The notes: a model not told the origin generated them from the letters alone. DNA of 64,000 bases from an uncultured Actinomycetes bacterium (GCA_963817235.1 CAWFNS010000002.1:277703-341702), one strand, 5' to 3'; counted from the first letter of the stretch, positions 31,683 through 43,703 are shown. Numbers and translations are program-made.

Positions 31683-34151
31683 GTGGCCGATCCGGTCGCC
31701 ATCCTCCGCGACGAGCTCGACGCGCTCGCCCGCGCGTACTCGGCGGGACATCACGGTCGATGGGTGGCGCGCCGGCGCGCCGGGCTGATCGACGCGTGCC
31801 TCGAGGCGCTCTGGGAGCGCGCGGGCGGGCCGGCGGGCGTGGCGCTCGTGGCGCTCGGCGGGTACGGGCGCCGCATCCAGCTCCCGATGTCCGACGTCGA
31901 CCTCCTGATCCTGCACGACGGGGTCGACCCGCCGGAGGTCGCCCGGCTCGTCGACGCGATCCTGTACCCGCTCTGGGACGCCGGCCTGTCGATCGGGCAC
32001 GCGGTCCGCACGCCCGCGGAGTGCGTCGCGGCGGCGGAGCGGTTGGATTCGTGGACGGCGATGCTCGACGCGCGGCCGGTGGCGGGCGACGCGGCCGCCG
32101 CGGATCGGGCGATGGAGCCGGTCCGGCAGATCGCCCGGCGCGATCCCGCGTCGTTCCTCGCCCGGCTGCGGGAGGCGGCCGACGCCCGGGCGGCGCGGTT
32201 CGGCTCCTGCGCGCACCTCCTCGAGCCCGACCTGAAGGAAGGGACGGGCGGTCTCCGCGACGTCGCGTCGCTCGGGTGGATCGCGGCCGCGGTCGGCGCC
32301 GACCTCGAGGCCGCCGGGCTGCTGCGTTCGCGCGAACGGATCGCGGTCGACGACGCCGAGGAATTCCTCGTGCGCGCACGCAGCGCCGTGCAGCTGCTGA
32401 CCGGCCGGCGCACCGACCGGCTGGTGGCGGAGCTCCAGCCGGACGTCGCGCGCGAGATGGGGTTCACCGACGAGCCCGGCCTCGTCGCCGCCGACGCGTT
32501 GATGCGGGCGTTGTTCGAGCACGCGCGCGACGTGGAGCTCGTTGCCGGGATCGTGCCGCAGCGGATCGGGGCCGCCGGCCCGGCCGCCGATCCGACGACA
32601 CGGGTCGAAGGCCCGGCGTCGATCCTCGCCGCGCTGGCCGACCTGGCCGAGGGCGGGGCGCCGCCGTCCGCCGCCCTGCTGGACGCGGTGGATGGCGGTC
32701 GAGGTCGACGATCCCGTGCGGTGGGACGCCGAGGTCCGATCGGGGTTCCTGCGTCTGCTCCGAGCGGGAACGGCGGGAACCCGGATGCTCGAGGTCCTCG
32801 ATCGTCTGCGCCTGCTCACGAGGTTCGTGCCCGCGTGGGCCGGCGTGCGGTGCCGACCCCAGCGCGACCCGTACCACCGCTTCACGGTCGACGTGCACCT
32901 GCTCCGCGCCGCGGCGCGGGCGGCGGCCGCGTTCGACGGAGCCGCGGACGACGACGATCCGATCGAACGCGAGGCCTTCGACCAGATCGAGCGGCCGGAC
33001 GCGGTGCTGCTCGGGGCCTTCCTGCACGACATCGGGAAGATCGGCGGTGGCGGCCACGTGCCGATCGGAGCGGCGATCGCAGCCGACACGCTCGAGATGA
33101 TGGGCGTCGAGCCCGAGATCCGCGACCTCGCGGGGTTCCTCGTCGCCGAACATCTGCTGCTGGCCGATACGGCGACCCGGCGCGACCTGTCGGACGAGAA
33201 CCTCCTGCTCGACGTCGCGGCCCGGATCGGCACGCCGGAGCGGCTCGCGGCCCTCTACCTCGTGACGAAGGCCGACGCCCTCGCGACCGGGCCGGCCGCG
33301 TGGACCCCGTGGCGACAGGCGCTTGATCCGCGAGCTGGTGGCGAAGCTCCAGCGCGTGTTCGAGCGCGGGGACATGGGGCGCGAGCTGGCGGAGCGCCTG
33401 GCCGACCGCACCGAGCGGCTGCGCGCGCTGCTCGCCGGTGAACCCGAGCCGGAGGTCGATCGCTTCGTGCTGCGGATGCCGCGCGGGTACTTCCTCGCGA
33501 CCGAGCCCGCGCAGAGCCGCCCGGCACTTCCGAACGATCGCGCCGCCGATCGGCGCGAACGAGGTGCGAACGGCGGCGACCGCCGGCGCGCGCCCCGACA
33601 CCTACGAGGTGCTCGTCGTGGCGAACGACCGCCCCGGCCTCCTGTCGTGGATCGCCGGCGCGCTCGCGATCGGCGGCATCTCGGTGCTGTCCGCGCAGGT
33701 GTTCACGACCGGCGACGGCGCGGCGGTCGACCTGTTCGAGGTCGAGGGCGCGTTCGAGGCCGAGATCACGGAGGCGCGCTGGCGCGAGTTCCGCAGCACG
33801 CTGCGGCGCACGATCGAGGGGTCGCTCTCCCTCGAGCACCGCGTCGAGGAGAAGCGACGGACCTACCCGCCGCCCAGGCTCCGAGCGCCGTTGACCGTGC
33901 GAAGCCACAACGACGTGTCGGAGTTCTCGACGGTGGTCGAGGTCGGCGCGCCCGACCGGATCGGCCTGCTCTACGACGTGACGCGCACGTTCGCGGATCT
34001 GCAGCTGGACGTGCATCTCGCGAAGGTCGCGACGTACGGCGGACGGGTGGTCGACACGTTCTACGTGCGTGACGCGCTCGGCCGCAAGATCGTCGACCCC
34101 GGGCAGCTCGGCGAGATCGAGCGCGCGGTACGGGAGCGTCTGGACGCCTAG
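31683..34151 (+). CDS. glnD: [protein-PII] uridylyl/adenylyl-transferase GlnD, three frame hops as assembled
   Basis: Nucleotidyltransferase LVALGGYGRRIQLPMSDVDLLIL, EPDLKEGTGGLRD, HD domain HRFTVDVHLL..LHDIGK, and two C-terminal ACT domains (YEVLVVANDRPGLL; STVVEVGAPDRIGLL). Frames run f2,f0,f1,f2 with switches near 32700, 33325 and 33520. Confidence 0.85.
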
Positions 34152-35474
34152 CGGACCCGCATCGGCATCCCGTCGCGCGGGCGCAGCGTGATGACGGGCT
34201 GCATCGAGACCCGTGCATCCGGCGCGAGCGCGAACCGCCGCCGCCGGGCGATCGTCGCCAGGACGAGGCGAGCTTCCATCTCCGCGAACCCCTCGCCGAT
34301 GCACATCCGCGAGCCGCCCCCGAACGGGATGTACGCGTGCCGGGGCCGGCCGGCGTCGTCCTCGAGCCAGCGCTCGGGACGGAAGGACGCCGCGTGCGGC
34401 CACCAACGCTCGTCGTGGTGCAGGAGCCACGGCGACACGAGCACCACGTCGCCGGGGTGGACCGCGGCGCCGGCGAAGTCGTGCTCCGCGACGGCTTCGC
34501 GGCCGATCAGCCAGGCCGGGGGCCGCAGGCGGATCGACTCCGACAGGACGGCGTCGAGGTACGGGAGCCGGACGAGGTCGGCGACCGTCGGCGTCCGTCC
34601 CGCGAGCACCGCATCGAGTTCGGCGCGCAGCCGCTCGTCGGCGTCGGGGTGCTGCGACAGCAGCCACCAGGTCCAGGTCAGGGCGTTCGACGTCGTCTCG
34701 TGCCCGGCGAGGAACAACGTGATCGCTTCGTCCCGGACCTGCCGGTCGTCCATCCGCCGTCCGCTCTCGTCGGCGGACAGCAGCAGCGACAGGAGGTCGT
34801 CGCCGCCGGGCGCGGCGCGCTTGCGCTGGATCATCCGGTCGACGACCTCGTCGAACACGGCGACCGATCGAGCGAACCGGCGCGTCGACGGGAGTCGGCA
34901 GGCGCGCCGTGACCGGGAACCACGGCGAGAACTGGCGATCGAACTGCGAGAGCACCTCGTGCATCGCGGCGCCGACCGCCTCGACATCCCGGTCCGCCAG
35001 ATCCGTGCCGAACAGCGCGCGCGCGACGATCGTGAGCGTGAGCCGCGTCATCGCCTCGTGCATGTCGACGGCAACCCCGGGCGTGAGGTCGTCCGCCGCA
35101 CGATCCGCCTCGGCGACGATCGCGGCGGCGTAGCCGTCGATCCGCTCGTGATGGAAGATCGGCTGGATCAGCCGGCGCTGCCGCCGATGGTGGTCGCCCT
35201 CGCTCGTGAGGAGTCCGTCGCCGAGCACGCGTCGCGCGTTCCGGAGCGCCGGGCTCTTGCGGAAGTCGCGATCGCCGGAGCTCAGGACATCCCACACGAG
35301 GTCGGGATGGTTCACGAGCGTGAGCCGGACGCGGGGCATCGGGATCCGCACGATGTCGCCGGCCCTCGCCGCCCGCTCGATCAACCCGATCGGGTCGCGG
35401 CGTAACAGACGGAGCGCCTCGACCTTCGAGACCGCCGCCGCCGGCGGCACGGTTCGCACGATCACGAGCAGCAA
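34148..35474 (-). CDS. cytochrome P450, one frame hop as assembled
   Basis: LFLAGHETTSNAL (I-helix), ESIRLRPP (ExxR), FGGGSRMCIGEGFA (heme Cys loop). The N-terminal third is in another phase (switch near 34890). Start choice (TTG 35474) is uncertain. Confidence 0.8.
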
Positions 35475-35594
35475 GCGTAGCCGCGATCCGACCGTGGTCC
35501 GTTCCCGCCGAACGACCCCTCGTCGTGGGGTCCGATGACCGGTGCCGCGCAGCGGGTCCCGTCCTACCGTCTAAGAAGGAAGGAGCGTTGCGCC

Positions 35595-37117
35595 ATGGCT
35601 CGCGCTGCCGTACGTGCGGTGGCCTTGGTGGTACTGGCCGTGACCGTGCCGGCGTGTGGCGCGACTCCGGCCTCCGGCCCGTCCCCCGATGGGCGCCGCG
35701 GCGTCGTCAGGATCTTGATCGGCGGCGACGTGATGCTCGGGCGGGGCGTGGCCGACGTCGTCGCGCACGATCCATGGAGCATCTTCTTCGACGCTCAGAC
35801 CCAGGTCCGGTCCGCCGACATCGCGATCGCGAACCTCGAGTCGCCGCTCACGCGACGTCCCCACGTCGCTCCGACGCCGAACGCGCTCGAGGCGGACCCC
35901 TCCGCGGCCCGACTGCTGGCCGCCGCCGGGTTCGATGCCGTCTCGATCGCGAACAACCACGCCGGCGACGCCGGACTCGGCGGGATCGCCGACACCCTCG
36001 CCGCGCTCCGGGGCGTCGGCGTCCTTCCGCTCGGCGGCGGTCTCGACGCAGGGCAGGCGACCGCTCCCACGATCCTCGTGCGCAACGGGGTCCGCGTCGC
36101 CCTCATGAGCTTCGACGCGACGCTGCAGGCGCCCCCGGCGACGGACACCGCGCCCGGCGTCGCCTCGTGGAGCCCCGACGCGGCCCGGACGGCCGTGGCG
36201 CAGGCCCGTGCGTCGGCGGACGTCGTGGTGGTCGGGCTCCACGGCGGGGCCGAGTACTCGACGCGGCCGGATGCGTACATCGAGGGCATCGCGCGGCGCC
36301 TCGTGGGATGGGGAGCCGACGTGGTGTGGGCGAGCGGCCCGCACGTCGTGCAGCCCGTCGGGGCGACGCGGCCGTCAGCGGCCGGACGGCAGAGCGTCAT
36401 CGCGACCAGCCTCGGGAACCTCGTGTTCGACCAGACCCAGCCGGGCACGACGACCGGCGCCTTGTTGGAGGTGCTGGTCGATCGCGACGGCGTGGTCGCC
36501 GACCGGGTCGGCACCACCGCCGATGGGGACTTGCGGGCCCACTTCACCGGATGGGTCCCGCCACGCGGCGACGCCGCCGACCTCCAGGACGGGTGGTGGT
36601 CGCTGCTGCGGCCCGTCGTCGCGCGCGCGTCGGCGCAACCACGTCGCCTCCCGCGCCCACCCGGACGCAGGGTGTCGATCGTGGCCGCGGCGGTCGGCGA
36701 CGTCGACGGCGACGGCCGGAACGAGGTCGTCGTCGCCTACCGCAGCGCGTTCCATCCGACGCTCGTGAACGCGCTCTACCCGGAACGGCGGTGGATCGAT
36801 CGTGACGGCAGGTCCGCGCACCTCGGCGTGTGGCGCGCCGGAGATCTCCGGCCCGTCTGGATCGCCGGCACCGTGCTCCGGCCGGTCGCGGCGCTCGCCG
36901 TCTGCGGCTCGGAGCTCGCCGTCTCCTACTCGACCTTGCTGAGCCCGAGGATCGTCGCCACCGGCGTGTGGCATGGACCGGGTTCGGCTTCGCATCCTCA
37001 TCAGATCTCACCGGGCCGGGCCGGCCCGTGTGCGCCGACGTCGATCGGGATGGATCGCCCGACGCCGTCATCCTCGGCCGGTCCCCCTCGGCGAACGATG
37101 GAAGGGGTTCGTCATGA
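35595..37117 (+). CDS. CapA-family metallophosphoesterase lipoprotein with C-terminal FG-GAP/VCBS-like segment; frame hop near 36970
   Basis: AAGGAAGGAG SD. Lipobox LAVTVPAC. GGDVMLGR, ANLESP, SIANNHAGD, HGGAEY; later VGDVDGDGRNEVVV and CADVDRDGSPDAV. Confidence 0.65.
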
Positions 37118-39249
37118 AGGCCCGCATCTGCATCGCTTGTCGTCGTCTTCGCGATGGTCCTCACCGCCTGCACGGGGAAGTCCTCATCCACCGGAACGAG
37201 CCCGCCACCGACCAGCGCGTCGCCGTCGACCGCGGGCGGCGTGCCAGCCTCGCTCTTCGGGTTCGGAACGCTTCCGGCCGTGCCGCTGCTCGGCGACACC
37301 CCCGCGTACGCCGGGCCGGCCACGCCGCACAGCCTGACCGCCGTCCGGATCCCGCGGTCACTGCTGCCGCAGCTGACGCCGGCGGTCCGTCGACGACTCA
37401 TGCGGAGTGGGTTCGCGATCGTGCCGAGCGACATGAAGCTGATGTACGACGCGTACACGGAGGCGCCGTACGGCAACTACCCGGTCTTCGTCACGACCGA
37501 CGTCGCGTACCACCAATGGCACCTCACGTTCGACAAGCTCCTGCGGAGCATCGAGCAGCAGGTGTTGCTGCCGAAGCTTGAGGAGCTGACCCGCGGGGCG
37601 TTGACCGGAGCGCAGCAACAGGCCGCGGATCTGCGCGGCACGCCGCTCGCGGCCGAGGCCGCCCGTGTGGTGCAGCTGTACCAGGTCGAGGCGACGTTGT
37701 TGGGGCTCCCGGCCGGAACCCTCGGTCCACAAGCACGGCAGGAGCTTGGCCTTGATACAAGGCGCACAGCCACGATCGCCCAGTCGCCGATCCTCGGCTT
37801 CGGTGGCACCCCCGGCGGGAGCTGCGCGGCGGAGGCCCCGCCGCCCGCGGGCTGCATCGACTACTCGCTCTACACGCCGCGCGGTCACTACACGACGACG
37901 GCGGCGCTGACCCGGTACTTCCTCGGGATGTCGCTGCTCGGGCAGTCCGCGTTCCGTGCGAACGACTCGGATCATCCGTCCGTTCGCGATGGGCGTGCTG
38001 GCCTCACGCGTGATCGTGCCGACCGGCATCGGGAACGCGACGCTCGCCGGGCTCTGGCGTGACCTCTACGAGCCCACCGCGTTCCTCGTGGGCGCGGCCG
38101 ACGACTACACGCCGTTCGAGACGGCGAAGGCCGTCGACGCGACCGTGCCCGGCGCGATGCGGACGCCGCAGCAGCTCACGGCTCAAGAGCTGCGCGCCGC
38201 ACGTGCCGCCCTGCTCGCCGCGCGGAGCGTCATGATCGACCCGGAATCGGCCTCGATCAGGTTGATGGGCACCCGTTTCGTGATCGATGCCTTCATCCTG
38301 GACCAGCTGGTCGACCCGAACGTGACTCGACCGCCTCATGCCGTCGGGCATGGACCTGGCCGCATCGTTCGGCTCGCGCTTCGCCTATCAGGTGCAGCGG
38401 AAGGCCGGTGCGACCGCGTATCCGAACTACGGCACGCAGATGACGAAGATGCGGGCCCTCGTCGCCAACCGGCCGCAGGCCGCGTGGGGGCGGACCGTCT
38501 ACGACGGGTGGCTCTGGTCGATCGAGCCCTCCTGGCGACCGCACGGCGCGGCGTTCCCCGACTTCATGCGGACGCCGGCCTGGACCGTGAAGTCCCACCA
38601 GACCGGGCTCGCTTCCTGGGCGGAGCTGCGCCACGACACGATCCTGTACGTGAAGCAGTCGGCCGCCGAAGGGGCGGGTCCCTTCCCGGACCTCTCGTAC
38701 CGGAGCTGGGTCGAGCCCGACCCGGTCGTGTACGAGCGGCTCTCGGCGGTGACGGGGCTGATGCTGACCGGCCTCGACGCACGGCACCTGCTGACCGGCG
38801 AGCAGCGAGGACTGCTCACCGACACGAAGGAGCTGATGGACTTCTTCGCGCGGATCGCGAAGGACGAGCTCGCCGGGACGCCGATCGCCAAGGCGGACAA
38901 CCAGCGGTTGGCGTTCATCGGGGACGCGCTGGAGGCACTGTGGTTCCGGTCCTCCGATCACCCGACGGCCAACGTGCCGTCGGCGACCGATGACGACGCG
39001 GTGATCGCCGACGTCGCCCGCGGCGGCGACGAGGCCCTCGAGGTCGGCACCGGCCGGTTCGACCGGATCTTCGTCCTCGTCCCGGACAACCGTGGGACGT
39101 TCGAGATCGCGGTCGGCGGCGTCTACTCGTACTACGAGTTCGGGCAGCCGGTGTCCAACCGTCTCACGGACGACGCGTGGCGAGCGATGCTGAACACGCA
39201 CACGGCGCCCGCCCGCCCGTCATGGGAGGCGCCGATCCTGGCCGGGTGA
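37114..39249 (+). CDS. DUF3160-like lipoprotein, three frame hops as assembled
   Basis: The ATG overlaps the CapA stop (ATGA). Signal MKARICIA/VVVFAMVLTAC is split by a hop at about 37135. YTPRGHYT, WAELRHDTILYVKQS, YSYYEF. Frames run f0,f1,f2,f0. The family name is recalled from motifs, not searched. Confidence 0.55.
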
Positions 39250-39257
39250 TCGACGAG

Positions 39258-39284
39258 GCGGGTGGGAGCGATCATCCCACCCGC
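39258..39284. terminator. bidirectional GC-rich hairpin
   Basis: GCGGGTGGGA-gcgatca-TCCCACCCGC: perfect 10-bp stem, followed by TT on the plus strand. It lies 9 nt after the DUF3160 stop and 1 nt from the stop of the orphan DUF72 3' fragment on the other strand. Confidence 0.55.
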
Positions 39285-39285
39285 T

Positions 39286-39357
39286 TCAGAGCATCGCCTC
39301 GAGGCGCGCCGCCATCTGCGGCGACGCGCCCTCGTCCTCGTGCTTGAAGTGAAGATC
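39286..39357 (-). pseudogene. orphan 3' fragment of a DUF72 gene (..FKHEDEGASPQMAARLEAML*)
   Basis: The minus-strand frame gives DLHFKHEDEGASPQMAARLEAML-stop. Homology to the DUF72 gene at 43.7 kb begins at the 17-bp repeat. There is no upstream coding partner. Confidence 0.7.
39334..39350. repeat. left copy of 17-bp perfect direct repeat GTCCTCGTGCTTGAAGT
   Basis: Identical 17-mer at 43705-43721. The flanking bases differ on both sides. Confidence 0.85.
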
Positions 39358-39602
39358 ATTGGGGCCGGAATGAGAGCTTCGGTGTCGCGCTAGATCGCTC
39401 TTGGTCGTCGAAGCGGATCGTCGCCTCCTGTTCACGGGCGGGTATCGACGACCGGCCAACGTTGTACTCGCCGTGGCGCCGTAAGGGAACAGGTACTACT
39501 GGCGTCGCGGTCTGGTTGCGGCACCCGAACCCAGACAAAGCCAACGCGGTCGGAGTTCACGTCCGGGAGAAGTTGATCGCTTGGGCTCAGACCTCGCACT
39601 CC

Positions 39603-40142
39603 TTACCCGCCGTTCGTTGGGGGAGTCCCGCCCCCGAGGCCGACGTCGCCTTCGGTGATCGTCGTCGCGTCGACGGTGCTTCCGTTCTTCGACCCGCCGA
39701 CCACGATCGTATCGCCGTTCGCGAGGTCGCTGATCGAGCCGTCCTTGCTGACCCGGATCTGCGTGTCGTTGCCGACCTTGACGTTCACGGTGTCGCCGCT
39801 CTGCGTTCGCACGGTGATCGTGTTCCCGTTCACCGACTCGATCGTGCCGAACGTGATGTTGCCGCCGTTCGCGAACCCGCCGCCCGGGCCTCCGCTGGGG
39901 AACGACCCGCCGTTCGGGAACCCGCCGCCGTTGCGGAAGCCCGGGAACCCCGACGCCTGCGTGGAGCTATTCATCGAGCGGCCGACCAGGATCCCGGCGA
40001 GAACGCCGACGGCCACCAGCACCACGGCGACGAGCGCCAACGTGACCGGCGACCGCTTCGTGCGCTCTCGTCGTGCCAGGAGTTCGTTGAGGTCGTCCCC
40101 CGCGGGCGGCGGAGGCGGTTGCTGCTGCGTGCTCTGACCCAT
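39603..40142 (-). CDS. small membrane-anchored Gly-rich protein with C-terminal beta-barrel-like domain (DUF5666-like)
   Basis: ATG 40142 with AAGGAGG 8 nt upstream. TM VTLALVAVVLVAVGVLAGILV, GFPGFRNGGGFPNGGSFPSGGPGGGFANGG, then GTIESVNGNTITVRTQSGDTVNVKVGNDTQI. The family label is tentative. Confidence 0.55.
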   Translation of the reverse strand: MGQSTQQQPPPPPAGDDLNELLARRERTKRSPVTLALVAVVLVAVGVLAGILVGRSMNSSTQASGFPGFRNGGGFPNGGSFPSGGPGGGFANGGNITFGTIESVNGNTITVRTQSGDTVNVKVGNDTQIRVSKDGSISDLANGDTIVVGGSKNGSTVDATTITEGDVGLGGGTPPTNGG

Positions 40143-40162
40143 CTCGTGTTCCTCCTTGTCTC

Positions 40163-41392
40163 TCATTCGTAACGGAGCGCCTCGACCGGACGGAGCGAGG
40201 CCGCGCGGTTCGACGGGATAGCTGCCGAAGAACAGACCGATCACGACCGCGACCGCCAGGGCGAGCACGATCGAGCTCGGCACGATCACGGGTTGCACGC
40301 CCGCGATGGTGAAGCGGCTGCCAATCACGGCGGCCGCGACGCCGAGCAGCCCTCCGGCGGCCGACAGGATCGTGGCCTCCGCGAGGAACTGGCCGAGGAT
40401 CGCGCCCCGGCGGGCGCCGACAGCCTTGCGGATCCGATCTCGCGGGTCCGCTCGGTCACGGTCACGAGCATGATGTTCGTGATGCCGATCCCGCCGACCA
40501 GCAGGCTGATCGCCGGCTACGGCGCCCAGCAGCACCGTGAAGGTCCGCGTCGTGTCCTGGCTGGTCGACAGGAGCTGCGTCTGATTCAAGACCTGGTACG
40601 GGGCGATCGGATGCGTTCGAGACGTCGAACGACCGGTCGAGGATCGCGGTGACCTCGCTCTGGGCCGCGTCCACGGTGTCGGCGCTCGTGGCCTCGACCA
40701 CGATCTGCGAGAGCGCACCGTACCCGCTCACGCTCTGCTGGACCGTCGTGAGCGGGGCGATCACGACCGAGTTCGCGTCCTGGAACCCGGTGCTCCCCTT
40801 GTCCTGGAGCACGCCGACGACCGTGAACAGGGTGCCGTCGATCGGTGATCTGCTTGCCGATCGCGCTCTCGCCCGAGAAGAACAGGACTGTCGGCCACGG
40901 TCGTGCCGATCACGGCGACCTTGCGGGCATCGAGTACGTCGTCGTTGGTGTAGTAGCGCCCCTCTGAGGATCGGGCTGTTCGTCGCTTCGAAGTAGCTGG
41001 GATAGCGTCCCGACCACCTGGACGGAGAGCACTCTCGCCCACCGTTCGTCGCGGTGGCCTGCGCTGTGATCTCCGGCGTCACGCTCTTGACGTCGGGTGC
41101 CCCGTTCTGGTCGGCGAGCGACGCGGCGACCGCCACGGTCAGCGACGTGTCCCGGCTCTGCGTCGTCGTCGATGCTGGCCGCGCCGAACCGCCCCGGAGA
41201 AGATCGTCAGGGAATTCGTGCCCGAGCCGTTCGATATTGGCCTCGATCTGCTTGGCGGACCCGTTGCCCACTGCGACGAGCAGGATCACGGCGCCGACGC
41301 CGATCAGCACCCCGAGGGTGGTGAGTCCCGAGCGGAGGGGGTTCGCGCGAAGACCATGGACGCGACGAGCGGAGCAGGTCGCGCAGGTTCAT
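40163..41392 (-). CDS. MacB/FtsX-type ABC transporter permease, heavily frame-disrupted as assembled
   Basis: MNLRDLLR.., [93 protein letters not shown] pieces lie in all three phases. The ATG overlaps the ATPase stop (ATGA). Confidence 0.7.
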
Positions 41393-42115
41393 CGACGCCC
41401 GCACCGACCGCGGTCGTGACTCCTCGATGACCTCGCCGTCGCCGGAGCCGGATCACGCGATCGGCGTGGCGCGGCGACGTCGTCCTCGTGGGTGACCAGG
41501 ATGACCGTGTTCCCCTGCTGCGTGGAGCTCGTCGAAGGACCGCCATCACCTCGGAGCTCGACATGGCTGTCGAGGTTGCCGGTGGGCTCGTCGGCGAGCA
41601 GGAGCGAAGGGGCCGGTCGACGATGGCGCGCGCGATCGGCGACCCGCTGCTGCTGCCCGCCCGAGAGCTGGTCGGGCGTGTGGTCCATCGCGGTCGCGCG
41701 AGGCCGACGAGCGCGAGCATCGCCTGCGCGCGCCGGCGTCGCTCGGCGCGCCGGGACCCCGCGCGTACACGAGCGGCAGCTCGACGTTCTCGAGCGCGGT
41801 CGTGCGCGGGCAGGAGGTTGAACGCCTGGAAGACGAAGCCGATGCTGGCGGTTGCGCACGATCGCCAGCTCGCTCTCGTCGAGATCGCCGACGTCGATGC
41901 CGTCGAGCAGGTAGCGGCCGGAGGTCGGCGACGTCGAGGCAGCCGATGATGTGCATCAGGGTCGACTTGCCCGAGCCCGACGCTCCCATGATCGCGACGT
42001 ACTCTCCGGCCTGGATCACCAAGCTCACGTCGCGGAGAGCTCGCACGACCGTTTCGCCCTCGCCGTACACCTTCGAGACGCGATCGATCGCGATGACGGG
42101 AACCGTGTCGTTCAT
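41389..42115 (-). CDS. MacB-type ABC transporter ATP-binding protein, heavily frame-disrupted as assembled
   Basis: Walker [62 protein letters not shown] pieces alternate between phases. Several hops are pairs of nearby single-base insertions. Confidence 0.75.
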
Positions 42116-43400
42116 CCGCGAGCGCCCCCCGGGCCACCGCCGCTGATCCCGAAGCCGCCGCCTCCCGGGAACCCGCCTCCCGGGAACCCGTTGGAGCCGG
42201 TCGAGCTCGGGATCACGACCTGCTCACCCTCCGACAGGCCGCTCACGATCTGCGTGGTCTGGTCGCCCTCGACGCCGACGGTGACGGCCACCTGAGTCTG
42301 TTGCCCGTTCGGCTCGACGGTGACGACCTGTTGCCCGGCGCTCGTCTGCACCGCCGCAGACGGCACATAGAGCGCGTCGGCGGCGCGATCGACCACCACC
42401 TGCACGGTCGCCGTCTGCCCGGCACGGAGCCCGGAGACCTGCCCTTCAGCTGGACCTCCACGCCGTACTCGACGACGTTGTTGTCCGTAGTCGAGGTGGG
42501 GTCGATCCACCGCACCACCCCGGGGGCCGACGTCCCGAGGGCGTCGAAGGTCACGGTGGCCTGTTGCCCGACCTTCAGCTTCGCCGCATCCGTCTCGGAG
42601 AAGTTCGCCGAAACCTGCAGGTCCTTCAGCTTGCTGATCACCACGAAGCCGGAGGTCCCCGAGGTGGTGGCGCTACCGGAGGACCCGGACCCCGCGGCCT
42701 GGCCCACGCTGCCGTTGACCTCGACGACCGTCCCGCCGATCGGTGCACGCAGGGTCGTGTCGGAGAGGGTCTCCTGCGCCTGCGCCACCTGCGCGTGTGC
42801 GGAGGTGACCTGGGCCTCCGCCTGGGTGACCTGTCCATCGGCCGATGTGACCGAGGCCTGCGACTGCGCCACCTGGGATCTCGCCGACGCGACCTTCGCC
42901 TCCGCGTCCGCGATCTGCTGGCCCGTCGCCGTGCCCGACGACTTGAGGGCTTGGAGGTCCATCTGCGCAGCGTTCAGGTTCGCCTGTGCGGAAACCAACC
43001 CGGACCGGGCGGCGGTCACCCCGGCGAGCGCGGACGTGACGCTGGCGCTGGCCGAGGTCGCGCTCGCCTCGGCGGTCTGCAGGTCGGCCTGCGCGCTGGT
43101 GGGATCCAGCTGCGCCAGGACCTGGCCCTTGTGGACCACGTCGCCCACGTCGACGGAGATCGACGCCACGGTGCCGGACGAAGCGAAGCTGACGTCCGAC
43201 GTGGTGGTGCTCTCAGTCGTCCCCGATGCCGAGACCGTCGCCTCGACCGTCCCACGTTGAACGGTCGACGTTGAGCCGGCGGCCCTGGCCTCTCCCGGGC
43301 TCCGCAGGAGGAAGTAGGCGGCGGAGGCCGCGACCACCAAGACGACCACCAGGACGATGTTGAGCGTGCCGAACCGTCGGAAAAGCCTCGGTCGTTCCAT
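42112..43400 (-). CDS. HlyD/MacA-family efflux periplasmic adaptor, frame hop near 42445
   Basis: N-terminal [19 protein letters not shown] lipoyl-like hairpin, a long Ala/Gln coiled coil, [13 protein letters not shown], and a C-terminal Gly-rich tail [14 protein letters not shown]. The stop overlaps the ATPase start (ATGA). Confidence 0.8.
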
Positions 43401-43532
43401 GCCACCGAGGCTTGCTCAGGAAGCTTGGGCCAGGCTTGGGCGAACCTGGAAGGTTGCTGAGTCTTTCCGGGTGTCCTAGGAAGCGATTCTGATCTTCGCG
43501 TCGGCTACCTAATCTGTACTCTGACCAGGTAT

Positions 43533-43703
43533 TTAGAGCATACGTTCGAGGCGCGCCGCCATCTGCGGCGACGCGCCCTCGTCTTCGTGTTTGAAGTAGC
43601 AGAACACGCTCGCGCCAGCGTCCAGAGCCGGCCTGATGCGACCCGCCCACGTCGCGAGTTCGTCGTCAGCGTACTCGGTCTTGCGCAACCGCAGGTAGCC
43701 GAC
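43533..43703 (-). pseudogene. second, diverged copy of the last 56 codons of DUF72 (VGYLRLRKTEYADDEL...FKHEDEGASPQMAARLERML*)
   Basis: 171 nt = 57 codons including TAA. By hand alignment, about 88% identical and without indels to 43705-43827 (15/123 mismatches). About 89% identical (7/65 mismatches) to fragment 39286-39350. It is out of frame with the gene body only because of the single base 43704. Confidence 0.7.

Noticed and set aside
43423-43441. Direct repeat GCTTGGGC spaced 11 bp apart (43423-43430 and 43434-43441) upstream of the adaptor gene, as a response-regulator binding site.
   Set aside because: It consists only of two 8-mers, lies 23-41 nt from the start codon (more likely inside the 5' UTR than a promoter), and no regulator gene is in the cassette. 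It may be chance.
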